This document shows, one piece after another, positions 1 through 8,000 of a stretch of DNA of 64,000 nucleotides. The translations under genes were made by a program, and so were the position numbers. Each line of letters starts with the position of its first letter. Position 1 is the first letter of the stretch. The notes under the pieces were generated by a model, which saw only the letters and a program-made list of their open reading frames with translations, was not told the DNA's origin and did no database searches. This DNA comes from Oligoflexales bacterium. Its GTDB lineage: Bacteria; Bdellovibrionota_B; Oligoflexia; Oligoflexales; Bog-1112. The stretch is from positions 64,001-128,000 of the forward strand of contig JBGCEP010000026.1 of the NCBI GenBank assembly GCA_045106415.1, given 5' to 3'.

Positions 1-1
1 G

Positions 2-430
2 TGCTTAACTGAAAGTTCCGATGGCCGCCTGTTTCAAGCAACCTGTGATGGAACAACGCGTCAACAATTGAAATTAATTTTAAGGTTTAAGGCGTCGACG
101 TATGACCCTCGGGCAACGAAAGGTGGTGGGTTGTATTCTCTGCAGTTTCAAAAAAGTAAACTATGCTTAACTGCAATCTCAGGGAAACCTCAATTAAGAG
201 ATTGTTTATCTGGCGCAGCTTCAGCTGAACTACGATCAGCTCAAGCCTTCCGACTGGACTGGTCAGGTAAGACGGAACGGTTTCAAATGGTTGCTCTTCC
301 AGTGGAATCAAGCACATGCCTTACGGTCGAATCAAATCTTTTAGAAACATCTCCTGTAGATTTTGGTTCGTGTAATCGTTCTGGTTCGAATGAAACAAAC
401 CGTTTTTTCTACATGACACCGGCTCAGTAG
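2..430 (+). CDS. Partial (5'-truncated) protein ending in a ricin-B-type beta-trefoil lectin domain
   Basis: The frame of ORF 68..430 is open back to position 2. It gives three C-L-T...C...(Q/N)-x-(L/F) units: CLTESSDGRLFQATCDGTTRQQL, CLTAISGKPQLRDC...AQAF and CLTVES...GSC...NRF. Confidence 0.6.
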   Translation, partial: CLTESSDGRLFQATCDGTTRQQLKLILRFKASTYDPRATKGGGLYSLQFQKSKLCLTAISGKPQLRDCLSGAASAELRSAQAFRLDWSGKTERFQMVALPVESSTCLTVESNLLETSPVDFGSCNRSGSNETNRFFYMTPAQ

Positions 431-444
431 GATGTGCTAGTGAA

Positions 445-488
445 ATAAAAAAGAACTGCTTTCATGAGCGAAAGCAGTTCTTTTTTAT
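445..488. terminator. Bidirectional intrinsic terminator
   Basis: ATAAAAAAGAACTGCTTTC-atgagc-GAAAGCAGTTCTTTTTTAT is a perfect inverted repeat with A/T tails, lying between convergent genes. Confidence 0.85.
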
Positions 489-500
489 GTTTTGAAATTT

Positions 501-1649
501 TTAGGATTGTTGTGACAAAGGAAGAGTTAAAGTAAAGGTTGTTCCTTCTCCCACAGTGCTTTCTACATCTAGAGATCCTTGCTCTTCTTCTATAATGCCT
601 CTACAAATCGAAAGACCTAATCCGGTGCCTTGTTCTTTGTCTTTGGTGGTAAAAAATGCCTGGAAAATTTGCTCTAAATGTTCTTGCTTAATTCCTGGAC
701 CATTATCTATGACCTGAATGAGAACTTTATCGTCTGCAGTTTTAGCGTCGAGTGTGATTTTTTTCTCATGGATTTCACTGTCTTTTAAAGCATCTGCTGC
801 ATTGGAGATTAGGTTTATAATGACTTGCTCTATTTTGTCTGACCGAGCCCAAAAACAAATTGATTTTTCAAGTGTGTTGTTTGTTAAGAAGGCCCCGCTT
901 GCTTTAATGCGGTTTTCAACAATGAGGAGGCAATTATCTAACATTTCAGAGAGTTCAACCTCTTCAATGGGCCGCACTTCTTGTCTCATGAACTGTTGTA
1001 AATGAGTTGTTAGTCGGGCGATGTGCTTTGCTGCTTTGTCTATTTTTTCAGGGATTTTTTCTAAAAGGTTTGCATCATTGTTTTCTATCGCTTTTTTTAA
1101 GAAGTGGTTGTACGAGGTGATGATCGAAAGGGGGTTACGAATATCGTGTATAATACCAGCAGAAAGTTCTCCAATTGAAGCGAGTTTGCTCTGCTCGTGA
1201 AGTTGGGACTTAAGTGAGGCAACCTCCCTTAAGTCTCTTATAATACTGAATGTTTTTATGAATTCGTCGCCTCTGTAAATTGAAATCGAACGAATTTCAA
1301 TAGAAATTTTCTCACCAGATTTTGTGAGCATTTGAGTTTGGACCCCTTGAATAAGTCCAACTTTTTTTAACTCCTTGAAACCTAATTTGACTTTGTCTTG
1401 AATTTCCTCGGGATAAAGCTCATAAATGCTTTTACCAATGAGTTCGTCTAAACTATAGCCTAATAATTCAGTGGCTTTTTTGTTGGTAGAAAGAATATGG
1501 CCATTACGGTCTACAGAGTGAATAATATCTGGGAAACTCCAAACGATTTCCTCAAAAATATTTTTAGATATCGAGTTATCATCCTTTACTGAATCAGCAA
1601 GGCTTAAAACTTCATCATGTGTCTTATCATGGCTCATATCGACTTTCAT
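501..1649 (-). CDS. Cytoplasmic PAS-domain sensor histidine kinase
   Basis: PAS (LLGYSLDELIGKS), H-box HDIRNPL, N-box NLISNAADA, DNGPGI and GTGLGL; no transmembrane segment. Confidence 0.9.
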   Translation of the reverse strand: MKVDMSHDKTHDEVLSLADSVKDDNSISKNIFEEIVWSFPDIIHSVDRNGHILSTNKKATELLGYSLDELIGKSIYELYPEEIQDKVKLGFKELKKVGLIQGVQTQMLTKSGEKISIEIRSISIYRGDEFIKTFSIIRDLREVASLKSQLHEQSKLASIGELSAGIIHDIRNPLSIITSYNHFLKKAIENNDANLLEKIPEKIDKAAKHIARLTTHLQQFMRQEVRPIEEVELSEMLDNCLLIVENRIKASGAFLTNNTLEKSICFWARSDKIEQVIINLISNAADALKDSEIHEKKITLDAKTADDKVLIQVIDNGPGIKQEHLEQIFQAFFTTKDKEQGTGLGLSICRGIIEEEQGSLDVESTVGEGTTFTLTLPLSQQS

Positions 1650-1752
1650 AAGCTACCTATGTTATGCAATCGGAGCTATACGGCGCTTTTATGAGTGCCT
1701 GTGGCTTACTTTTTTAAAAAGTTTTTTTTTTATAAATACTTAGGTGAAAAAA

Positions 1753-2091
1753 ATGTCCGGTTTAGATAAAAAATGCCCAGAATGGGCACAGCAAGCGATT
1801 GAACAGTTAAGACAAATTGAGGTTTATTTAGGCCATATTCCAAAAGCATCGGATTGGGGAGCTGACTTTATAGATAAAGTTAACTCTAGAGCTTTTTCAC
1901 CTGAGGACCAGGTTTTTGATGAAGATAAAGCTCAACTTGTATTCCAAAAAATTTGTGTCAGTCTGACTCAAGAGAGTGCAGAGTGGACTCCTGAGCGTAT
2001 CGCTGAAGTGATTAATCTGAGGATCGGTTACAGTGAAGGGCCAAAATATTGTGATGCAAGTGAAGTAAAAGACGCTTTAGAAGCTGTCTGA
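1753..2091 (+). CDS. Hypothetical protein whose 3' end is supplied by an IS end
   Basis: 112-aa ORF with AGGTGA before ATG 1753. The last codons and the TGA lie inside the inverted repeat of the 2080-2526 element. Confidence 0.7.
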   Translation: MSGLDKKCPEWAQQAIEQLRQIEVYLGHIPKASDWGADFIDKVNSRAFSPEDQVFDEDKAQLVFQKICVSLTQESAEWTPERIAEVINLRIGYSEGPKYCDASEVKDALEAV

Positions 2092-2526
2092 TATTTAAGT
2101 TATTGGAATATAGTGAAGCGGCCCTCATGTTTCAGATGAGGTAAATATACTGTTCCTAATATATGACTGATGATTCATGGGGAATGGTCATACTAATGAC
2201 GTAAATTAAACATTAAATATAGGTTTGATTTCAAGTCGTTGTTACCATTCTCCTGGCATACATTCGTATCGTAGAGGTATGCGGTATGGAAAAGGTGTTG
2301 TCGGAACTTGAAAATCGAGAAGAAGAGCAATAGGCTTTTTGTATTACAGGCATTTAAGTAGGGTGAAAGGACTTTTGCTTGGCTTAATCGATAAAAAAGC
2401 TTGTAAGGAGTTATGAAAAACTAACACACCACCAAGAATCCATGAGCTTTATTGGTCATATGATAATTGACCTAAAAAAAATATGGGATCATTCATAAAA
2501 GACTTAAAACGCAGCCATACAGCTTC
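2080..2526 (+). mobile_element. Internally deleted, degenerate IS5-family (IS1031-like) element
   Basis: TIRs GAAGCTGTCTG (2080-2090) and CATACAGCTTC (2516-2526) match 10/11. TTA is duplicated on both sides. A broken transposase C-terminus reads FVLQAFK*..ERTFAWLNR*.KLVRSYEKLTHHQESM at about 2338-2498. Confidence 0.8.
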
Positions 2527-2543
2527 TTAGAAGGTTTTGATAG

Positions 2544-3422
2544 TTAATAATGTTGAAGATTGATGTGCTGGAACAATTGTGGAAGCTCCTCAGAACTCAG
2601 TGGTTTTGGTTTTGGCAGTAATCCACACTGAAAAGCGGCAAGGCCTAAAAGTTCTTCAGGTTTTCTAGAAAACTCTCGAATGTGAGTGCTACGAGTTCTT
2701 TTGGAAAGTTTTTGGTTTTCCTTATCTATAATGAGAGGGTGATGGAAATAAATTGGCCTTTGTTGTTGAGGTAAGAGCTCTTGAGCAAGAAGTATTTGGC
2801 GTGCGCTAGAGTCTCGGAGATCTTCCCCTCTGATAATGAGATTTACGTTCTCATGTATATCATCAACAGTGACAGCAAATTGATAAGTCCAGTTACCTTT
2901 TCTGTCTTTAATTAAAAAATCACCACATTGTTGGTGAGGAGCGTCCGTTTGAGGACCTAAGTTTGAGTCCTTCCATGCAATATTTTCTGGTGTCACGATA
3001 AATCGAATTCCATCGATAGAGTTTGGTGTGATGTGATGATTTCGGCAGTTTCCGTTGTAGTACAATTCTTGTGCATGGCCAGGTTGCTTTTTGAGTATGT
3101 CTTTGCGGGTGCAATGACAAAAATAGGCTTTTCCGGATTTTATAAGTTTGTCAGAAGATTTTGCAAATCTATTGAGGTGTTCGCTTTGAATGCTGATTTC
3201 ATCAGGCTGCATTTTTAACCATTTTAGGTCCTCTAGAATCATTTGAACCCATTCAGATTTCGATCTTTGACGATCATGATCCTCAATACGTAGTATGACT
3301 TTCCCCCCATATTTTTTTGCGATTCCCCAGACATAAATTGCTGAAACAAGATTACCAATATGTAGGGGACCTGTAGGGCTAGGAGCGAAGCGAGTGATCA
3401 ATGAGGATGAAATGTGCATCAT
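2544..3422 (-). CDS. gluQ: tRNA glutamyl-Q(34) synthetase (GluQRS)
   Basis: RFAPSPTGPLHIGN, LRIEDHD, CHC...Y..NC zinc site and KLSKR; 292 aa with no anticodon-binding domain. Confidence 0.85.
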   Translation of the reverse strand: MMHISSSLITRFAPSPTGPLHIGNLVSAIYVWGIAKKYGGKVILRIEDHDRQRSKSEWVQMILEDLKWLKMQPDEISIQSEHLNRFAKSSDKLIKSGKAYFCHCTRKDILKKQPGHAQELYYNGNCRNHHITPNSIDGIRFIVTPENIAWKDSNLGPQTDAPHQQCGDFLIKDRKGNWTYQFAVTVDDIHENVNLIIRGEDLRDSSARQILLAQELLPQQQRPIYFHHPLIIDKENQKLSKRTRSTHIREFSRKPEELLGLAAFQCGLLPKPKPLSSEELPQLFQHINLQHY

Positions 3423-3538
3423 TCAAAAACTCCGTGATAAAAACACTCTTAAGATAACAGTATTGATGAGAAATGTACTTGTGTTTTTATCTACGATAAA
3501 AAATTTCGTTGTATAATATGAGAACCTATGGGGAGAAA

Positions 3539-4654
3539 ATGATGATGTTGCCATGGAAAATTTTTATATACTTTTTCTTTTTAGTTTCATGTCAAAATTT
3601 CGGTGATCAATCTGTGATTACAGAATCTGAAAAGCGGATGACAAAATCTAAGCTATACATGGAGGCTCATGATGATGGAAATTCTTTTGCGTGCGCCTCT
3701 TGTCATGGTTTAACTGACGAAGGTGTGGTGAGAAGAGCTGGGCACCCATTGACTAATGTGACTCTTCGTCCAAATTATAAAAATGGTCATATCTCTACGT
3801 TAAGAGAAGCTGTCAATAATTGTAGAGTTTCTTGGATGAATGCTCCTGAATGGGATGAAAATGATTTAAAATGGCAAGATTTATTGGGTTTTTTGAAAGA
3901 ACAAACGATTGTTATAGAAAAAGAAATAAAACCCGTTGAGTACCATATTATTCAACCTCCTGATGATGTTTCAAGTGGTAATGAAGTAGTAGGCCAAGAG
4001 TTATTTAATAAGAGCTGTCTTATTTGTCATGGGCGAAATGGTGTAGGAACTGTGCAGGGTCCTGGTCTTGAGCGTATTCAATTGTCAGATAGTGTTATTG
4101 CAAAGCGGTTGCGCTTGTCAGGTCCAGAGGAAGATCCTGTTTATAATGAACTTGAGGGCGGGAAAATGCCCTTTTGGTCGCAGGAACGTTTATCTGATGA
4201 TGAGATGAGAAATATTATTTCTTTCTTACAATCGCAATCTGCTCTTAAAAGAAAAACATCTGAGCCTCCAGTTCCTCAAACAGAACGAGTCGATTTATCT
4301 TTGAGTGAAAGCCAAAAAAACTGTGGAAAAACATCTCAATATATCGGAAAGAAAATGACTCTTCGAAAAAGATTTCATGAAGTGAGTGGAACAATCACAA
4401 TTATTGATGATTGCACATTGCACTTTGATCAATTTTTTTACGATGGTCTGGGAGTGGATGTGCGAGTGTATGCAGGTAAAAATAATGATTTTGATAACGG
4501 TTTAACAATAAGTCAGAATATTTTAGGTCGCACTTTTCAAGGAGGAAAGGCGAGTTTAAGATTACCTGAAGGAATGAATTTAACAGACTTCAATAGCCTG
4601 TCGATATGGTGTGTGCCTATTGGCATTAGTTTTGGAGAAGGTGTTTTTATGTAG
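3539..4654 (+). CDS. Lipoprotein diheme c-type cytochrome (TsdA/SoxA-like) with C-terminal DM13 domain
   Basis: Lipobox FLVSC; CASCH and CLICH; TLREAVNNCRVSWMNA segment; KMPF distal Met; DM13-like tail HEVSGTITIIDD...LSIWCVPIGISFG. Confidence 0.75.
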   Translation: MMMLPWKIFIYFFFLVSCQNFGDQSVITESEKRMTKSKLYMEAHDDGNSFACASCHGLTDEGVVRRAGHPLTNVTLRPNYKNGHISTLREAVNNCRVSWMNAPEWDENDLKWQDLLGFLKEQTIVIEKEIKPVEYHIIQPPDDVSSGNEVVGQELFNKSCLICHGRNGVGTVQGPGLERIQLSDSVIAKRLRLSGPEEDPVYNELEGGKMPFWSQERLSDDEMRNIISFLQSQSALKRKTSEPPVPQTERVDLSLSESQKNCGKTSQYIGKKMTLRKRFHEVSGTITIIDDCTLHFDQFFYDGLGVDVRVYAGKNNDFDNGLTISQNILGRTFQGGKASLRLPEGMNLTDFNSLSIWCVPIGISFGEGVFM

Positions 4655-4678
4655 TTTTATTTATATGAAAAATAAATA

Positions 4679-5590
4679 TTATCTCAACCAAATCGTCGAA
4701 CGGAACAATCTTCCTTCCTGAGATTTATCTGGATCATTGTGTTTATTCCAAGCGAAAACTTGTATGTGAGGGCATTCATGAATATTGGCAATGTCTTGTG
4801 AATTAAGGCGAAAACTGTCCATTTGTTGTTGCGTCATAGCTGCAATTTGTGTGCGAGGGCCTGGAAAAGGTCCTTGGCGAGCTCCTAAAAGCCGCCCAAC
4901 AGGATCTGTGACAAAAATCATTTCGATATGATGTTCAGGGAGAGGAGAGTGATCGACTTCAACAACAAAGTACCCATTTGGTTGTACGGATTTGAGATAA
5001 GGTTCCATAAGATTTTGTTGCTGAATTGCCGTTGGCGACAAACGGTATACAGAGGAAAAGAGTCCTCGAAAACGACTGCTAGCTAGATCGTTTCTTAAAA
5101 TACTTGGTAGAAAAAGCATATTAGAATTAATACGTGTCATGTCAGGGGTGTTTATCGTACCTGTTCTATAGACGTGCTGTTTAGTTCCTTCTACAATGCG
5201 ATAATAAATTTTCCAGTTTCCTGTGAGATTTAAATTATGAAAAATAGCATATGGTGGAAACCCAGAAATAGGCATTTTTTCATGCTGTTGATAAACCCTT
5301 AAATTAGAGACTTGATCACCATCTTGTTGTGATTGGGCAAGCACAACTCTGTCTACCCACCTATTTGCTGTTTGAGGCTCACGTATAAGAATTTGAAGGC
5401 TTGCTCTAGATTGTGGTGGTGTATAAAAACCATCTTGTGCAACATTCTTTAAATGAAAACCGTCTATCCAATAAAGAAGCTTGTCTTCATCTGCTTTTCC
5501 AGGTGCTAGTTGCCCTAAGACGTCTTCTTGCGTTGGGCAGTTGTCTTCAGAGAGATTTAGTCGAAGTAAGTTTCGCCGGCTTACATCCAT
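4679..5590 (-). CDS. Hypothetical protein with twin-arginine motif
   Basis: N-terminal SRRNLL; 1-nt overlap with the upstream gene; shares motifs with 5590-6555. Confidence 0.75.
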   Translation of the reverse strand: MDVSRRNLLRLNLSEDNCPTQEDVLGQLAPGKADEDKLLYWIDGFHLKNVAQDGFYTPPQSRASLQILIREPQTANRWVDRVVLAQSQQDGDQVSNLRVYQQHEKMPISGFPPYAIFHNLNLTGNWKIYYRIVEGTKQHVYRTGTINTPDMTRINSNMLFLPSILRNDLASSRFRGLFSSVYRLSPTAIQQQNLMEPYLKSVQPNGYFVVEVDHSPLPEHHIEMIFVTDPVGRLLGARQGPFPGPRTQIAAMTQQQMDSFRLNSQDIANIHECPHIQVFAWNKHNDPDKSQEGRLFRSTIWLR

Positions 5591-6555
5591 TAGTTTGTCC
5601 TTACAAGAGTTCGGTAGACAGCACTTCCTACGGTTTTTTCACTAATAAAAAATGGATGTTCTATGATATTTCGAAATGAACCCGGAGTTGCAATTGGGTT
5701 TCCTAAAAGATCGGTGATTATTGTCCCTTGGAGCTCGACGGCTGGTTGATAAGTTGACCCTTGGCGTGCAACGACCATAGGATAGGGAATGCCAGAAACA
5801 TCAATTTGGCTAAAATCTGCTGCTTTAATTAGCTCAGAAAAGCGTCCTTCTGTAATATTATGTAAGGCTGCATCTTGTGGGTAAAATCGTCCTTGTCTGT
5901 GATGAGAGGATTGCTCTGCTGTAAATGTTGTTGACTGCAGAGTTTTGATCGATATTTTACCAAGTGTGACGTTATTGATTTCTACGTTCCCTAAGTCAGA
6001 CTTATAGAACTCTTGCCCCCCAGGGTTATTAAGCTGAATAACTAAACTAAGCGCATTTCCTGCGGTCGCATTTTTTTGAAGATCGACACCTTCAAAGAGG
6101 ATAGGGTGAATGAAATCTTCTTTAGTGATGTCCGCAGGGCTGATTTCTTTACGAAACAAAGTTTGACCACTGCTGCGACATAGAATCACTGTTTTTAATT
6201 TACCGTGTGTATATTTTTGAAAACCAACAGCTACGAGTGCAAATTTTTCTGGGCTGTAGGCTTTGACTGTAGGCGTTAAAGCTTCAGGAACATTTGGAAG
6301 AGTAGAAAGATCAATCGTGCCAGGAGGAGGGCATGTGTCTGAACTGATTGCTGGATCAAAATCAGGGTTTTCAACCTCTTCTTGTATTGTACCCTCATCT
6401 TTATTTTCTTTTTCTGGTGTATTTGTTGTTTCTGAGAGTGGAGGAGAAGATTCCGGTTGGTCATTTGATTTATTCTGCGGCAAACAACTTAAAGGAGAAA
6501 GTCCCCATAAGCTTAGAAAAAATCTTCTATTGACCTTGAACCCTGGAGTCTTCAC
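5590..6555 (-). CDS. Hypothetical Tat-exported lipoprotein
   Basis: NRRFFL, a hydrophobic stretch and PLSC, then a P/E/S/T-rich linker; GTGA overlap with the upstream gene. Confidence 0.75.
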   Translation of the reverse strand: MKTPGFKVNRRFFLSLWGLSPLSCLPQNKSNDQPESSPPLSETTNTPEKENKDEGTIQEEVENPDFDPAISSDTCPPPGTIDLSTLPNVPEALTPTVKAYSPEKFALVAVGFQKYTHGKLKTVILCRSSGQTLFRKEISPADITKEDFIHPILFEGVDLQKNATAGNALSLVIQLNNPGGQEFYKSDLGNVEINNVTLGKISIKTLQSTTFTAEQSSHHRQGRFYPQDAALHNITEGRFSELIKAADFSQIDVSGIPYPMVVARQGSTYQPAVELQGTIITDLLGNPIATPGSFRNIIEHPFFISEKTVGSAVYRTLVRTN

Positions 6556-8000
6556 CCATGTCCTCCACCGGTAGAAGGAGGAGTGCGAGAGTGCTGACGA
6601 TTATTATTTTCTGGCACCGTTAAGGACATACCATGCTCTTGAAGATTTAAAATCCAATGAGGCCAAGATGATGTGTGATCTTTTGCGAAATATCCTTGTT
6701 GATTTTTTCCAAAAAGGGAAGGGGCTCGTATAAGTCTTTGAATGAGAATGGTGCGTAAGGCATCCTTGCGGAACGAGTCATGAGTTAAGTGTCCAATATG
6801 AAAACCAAGCATGCGAAAATCAGCATCAATCACTTCATTTGGATTTAAAAACCACGGATTGGAACTCGATATGTTGATAGGAAGCTTACTGTATTGAGGG
6901 ATGAAATCAGCAAAGAAAGAGTCTTGTAGAAAATGATCCCAGGGGTCAGTTAAGCCTTTTGAGCGCCATTCATGGTGACCAAGAAGTGGGAATTGATCAA
7001 CGCCATGATAGCGAAAAAGTTTGATGAAATGTCGAACGGTTCTGAAGTCATCAGGAATAAAAATAGCTTGAGCTTTAGGCTGTGGCTTTAAAATAACTTT
7101 TTTAGAATCAAAAGGTAATCCTGCTTTGTCTGCAGCAAGAGCGGCTTTCCGAAGAGCGTCACGATACTCTTCGGGACGATCATTTGAATGTGTGTGGAAG
7201 ACTGCTCCTGCAGCATAGTTCATGGAATTGAAGTCTCCTGGGACATAAGGAATGACTTCTGAAACTTCAATGTGCAGCTCTTCTGCTTTCTTTTGAAACC
7301 TTTCAACGATGTTGTCTGCACCACCATGACTAGGTTTAAGGACAGCGATTTTATGAAAATTTCTTGTGAGGCTTTGACGTAATAGTCCATGTGCTAATTG
7401 ACTTGGATCTGGAAAAAATTGGTATGCATAGATTTTGTTTTCGATAAATTTAGCATTCTGATTCAGAATTAATGTGGGACGCTCAAGTCCATCGCTCCAT
7501 TTTGTTAGGATTTCTGCTTCGTTTTGTAAAAGTCCGCCGATAATAATGGCAACATCATCATCAAAGACAAGTTGAGATAAAGGCTCTAAAATTCCTTTAG
7601 ATGTGGTGGTGCTACGAACAACAAAAAGATCAGGAGGTAAATTGTAATCTTGAACAGCTTGTTTAAGCCCTGCGAGTAAACTTTGAGACAGTTCACGGTA
7701 AGGTCCAGATAAAGGTAGTAAAAGCCCTATCTTATTTTGATGTTTGCGTAAAGCGTGTCTTATGATTTTCATGCTTTTATTTCGATATTTTTTTGCGCAG
7801 TGTTTTGTTTGTAGCCTAGAGAAAAGATAAGGTTTTGAAGTTGTTTGTGACATCGGAGGGCGGTACATGGATAATCGATGATAATAAGGTTGTGATCGAC
7901 GTATCGCATCTTTGCATACTTTGCGTGTCCCAGCTTGAATCTCTAAAAGAGAAAAACAACAAAAAGAAACAAATATGAATATTATTTTTGTTGTCATCAA
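6552..8000 (-). CDS. LpoA/LppC-like periplasmic-binding-fold protein (putative PBP activator)
   Basis: IGLLLPLSGPY, IIIGGLL, AIFIPDD and LLGHHEWRS motifs; signal peptide; 4-nt overlap with the PBP1A stop. Confidence 0.7.
   Translation of the reverse strand: MMTTKIIFIFVSFCCFSLLEIQAGTRKVCKDAIRRSQPYYHRLSMYRPPMSQTTSKPYLFSRLQTKHCAKKYRNKSMKIIRHALRKHQNKIGLLLPLSGPYRELSQSLLAGLKQAVQDYNLPPDLFVVRSTTTSKGILEPLSQLVFDDDVAIIIGGLLQNEAEILTKWSDGLERPTLILNQNAKFIENKIYAYQFFPDPSQLAHGLLRQSLTRNFHKIAVLKPSHGGADNIVERFQKKAEELHIEVSEVIPYVPGDFNSMNYAAGAVFHTHSNDRPEEYRDALRKAALAADKAGLPFDSKKVILKPQPKAQAIFIPDDFRTVRHFIKLFRYHGVDQFPLLGHHEWRSKGLTDPWDHFLQDSFFADFIPQYSKLPINISSSNPWFLNPNEVIDADFRMLGFHIGHLTHDSFRKDALRTILIQRLIRAPSLFGKNQQGYFAKDHTSSWPHWILNLQEHGMSLTVPENNNRQHSRTPPSTGGGHG

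Noticed and set aside
2544..3422. Glutamate-tRNA ligase gltX
   Set aside because: Too short and lacks the anticodon-binding domain; fits gluQ.
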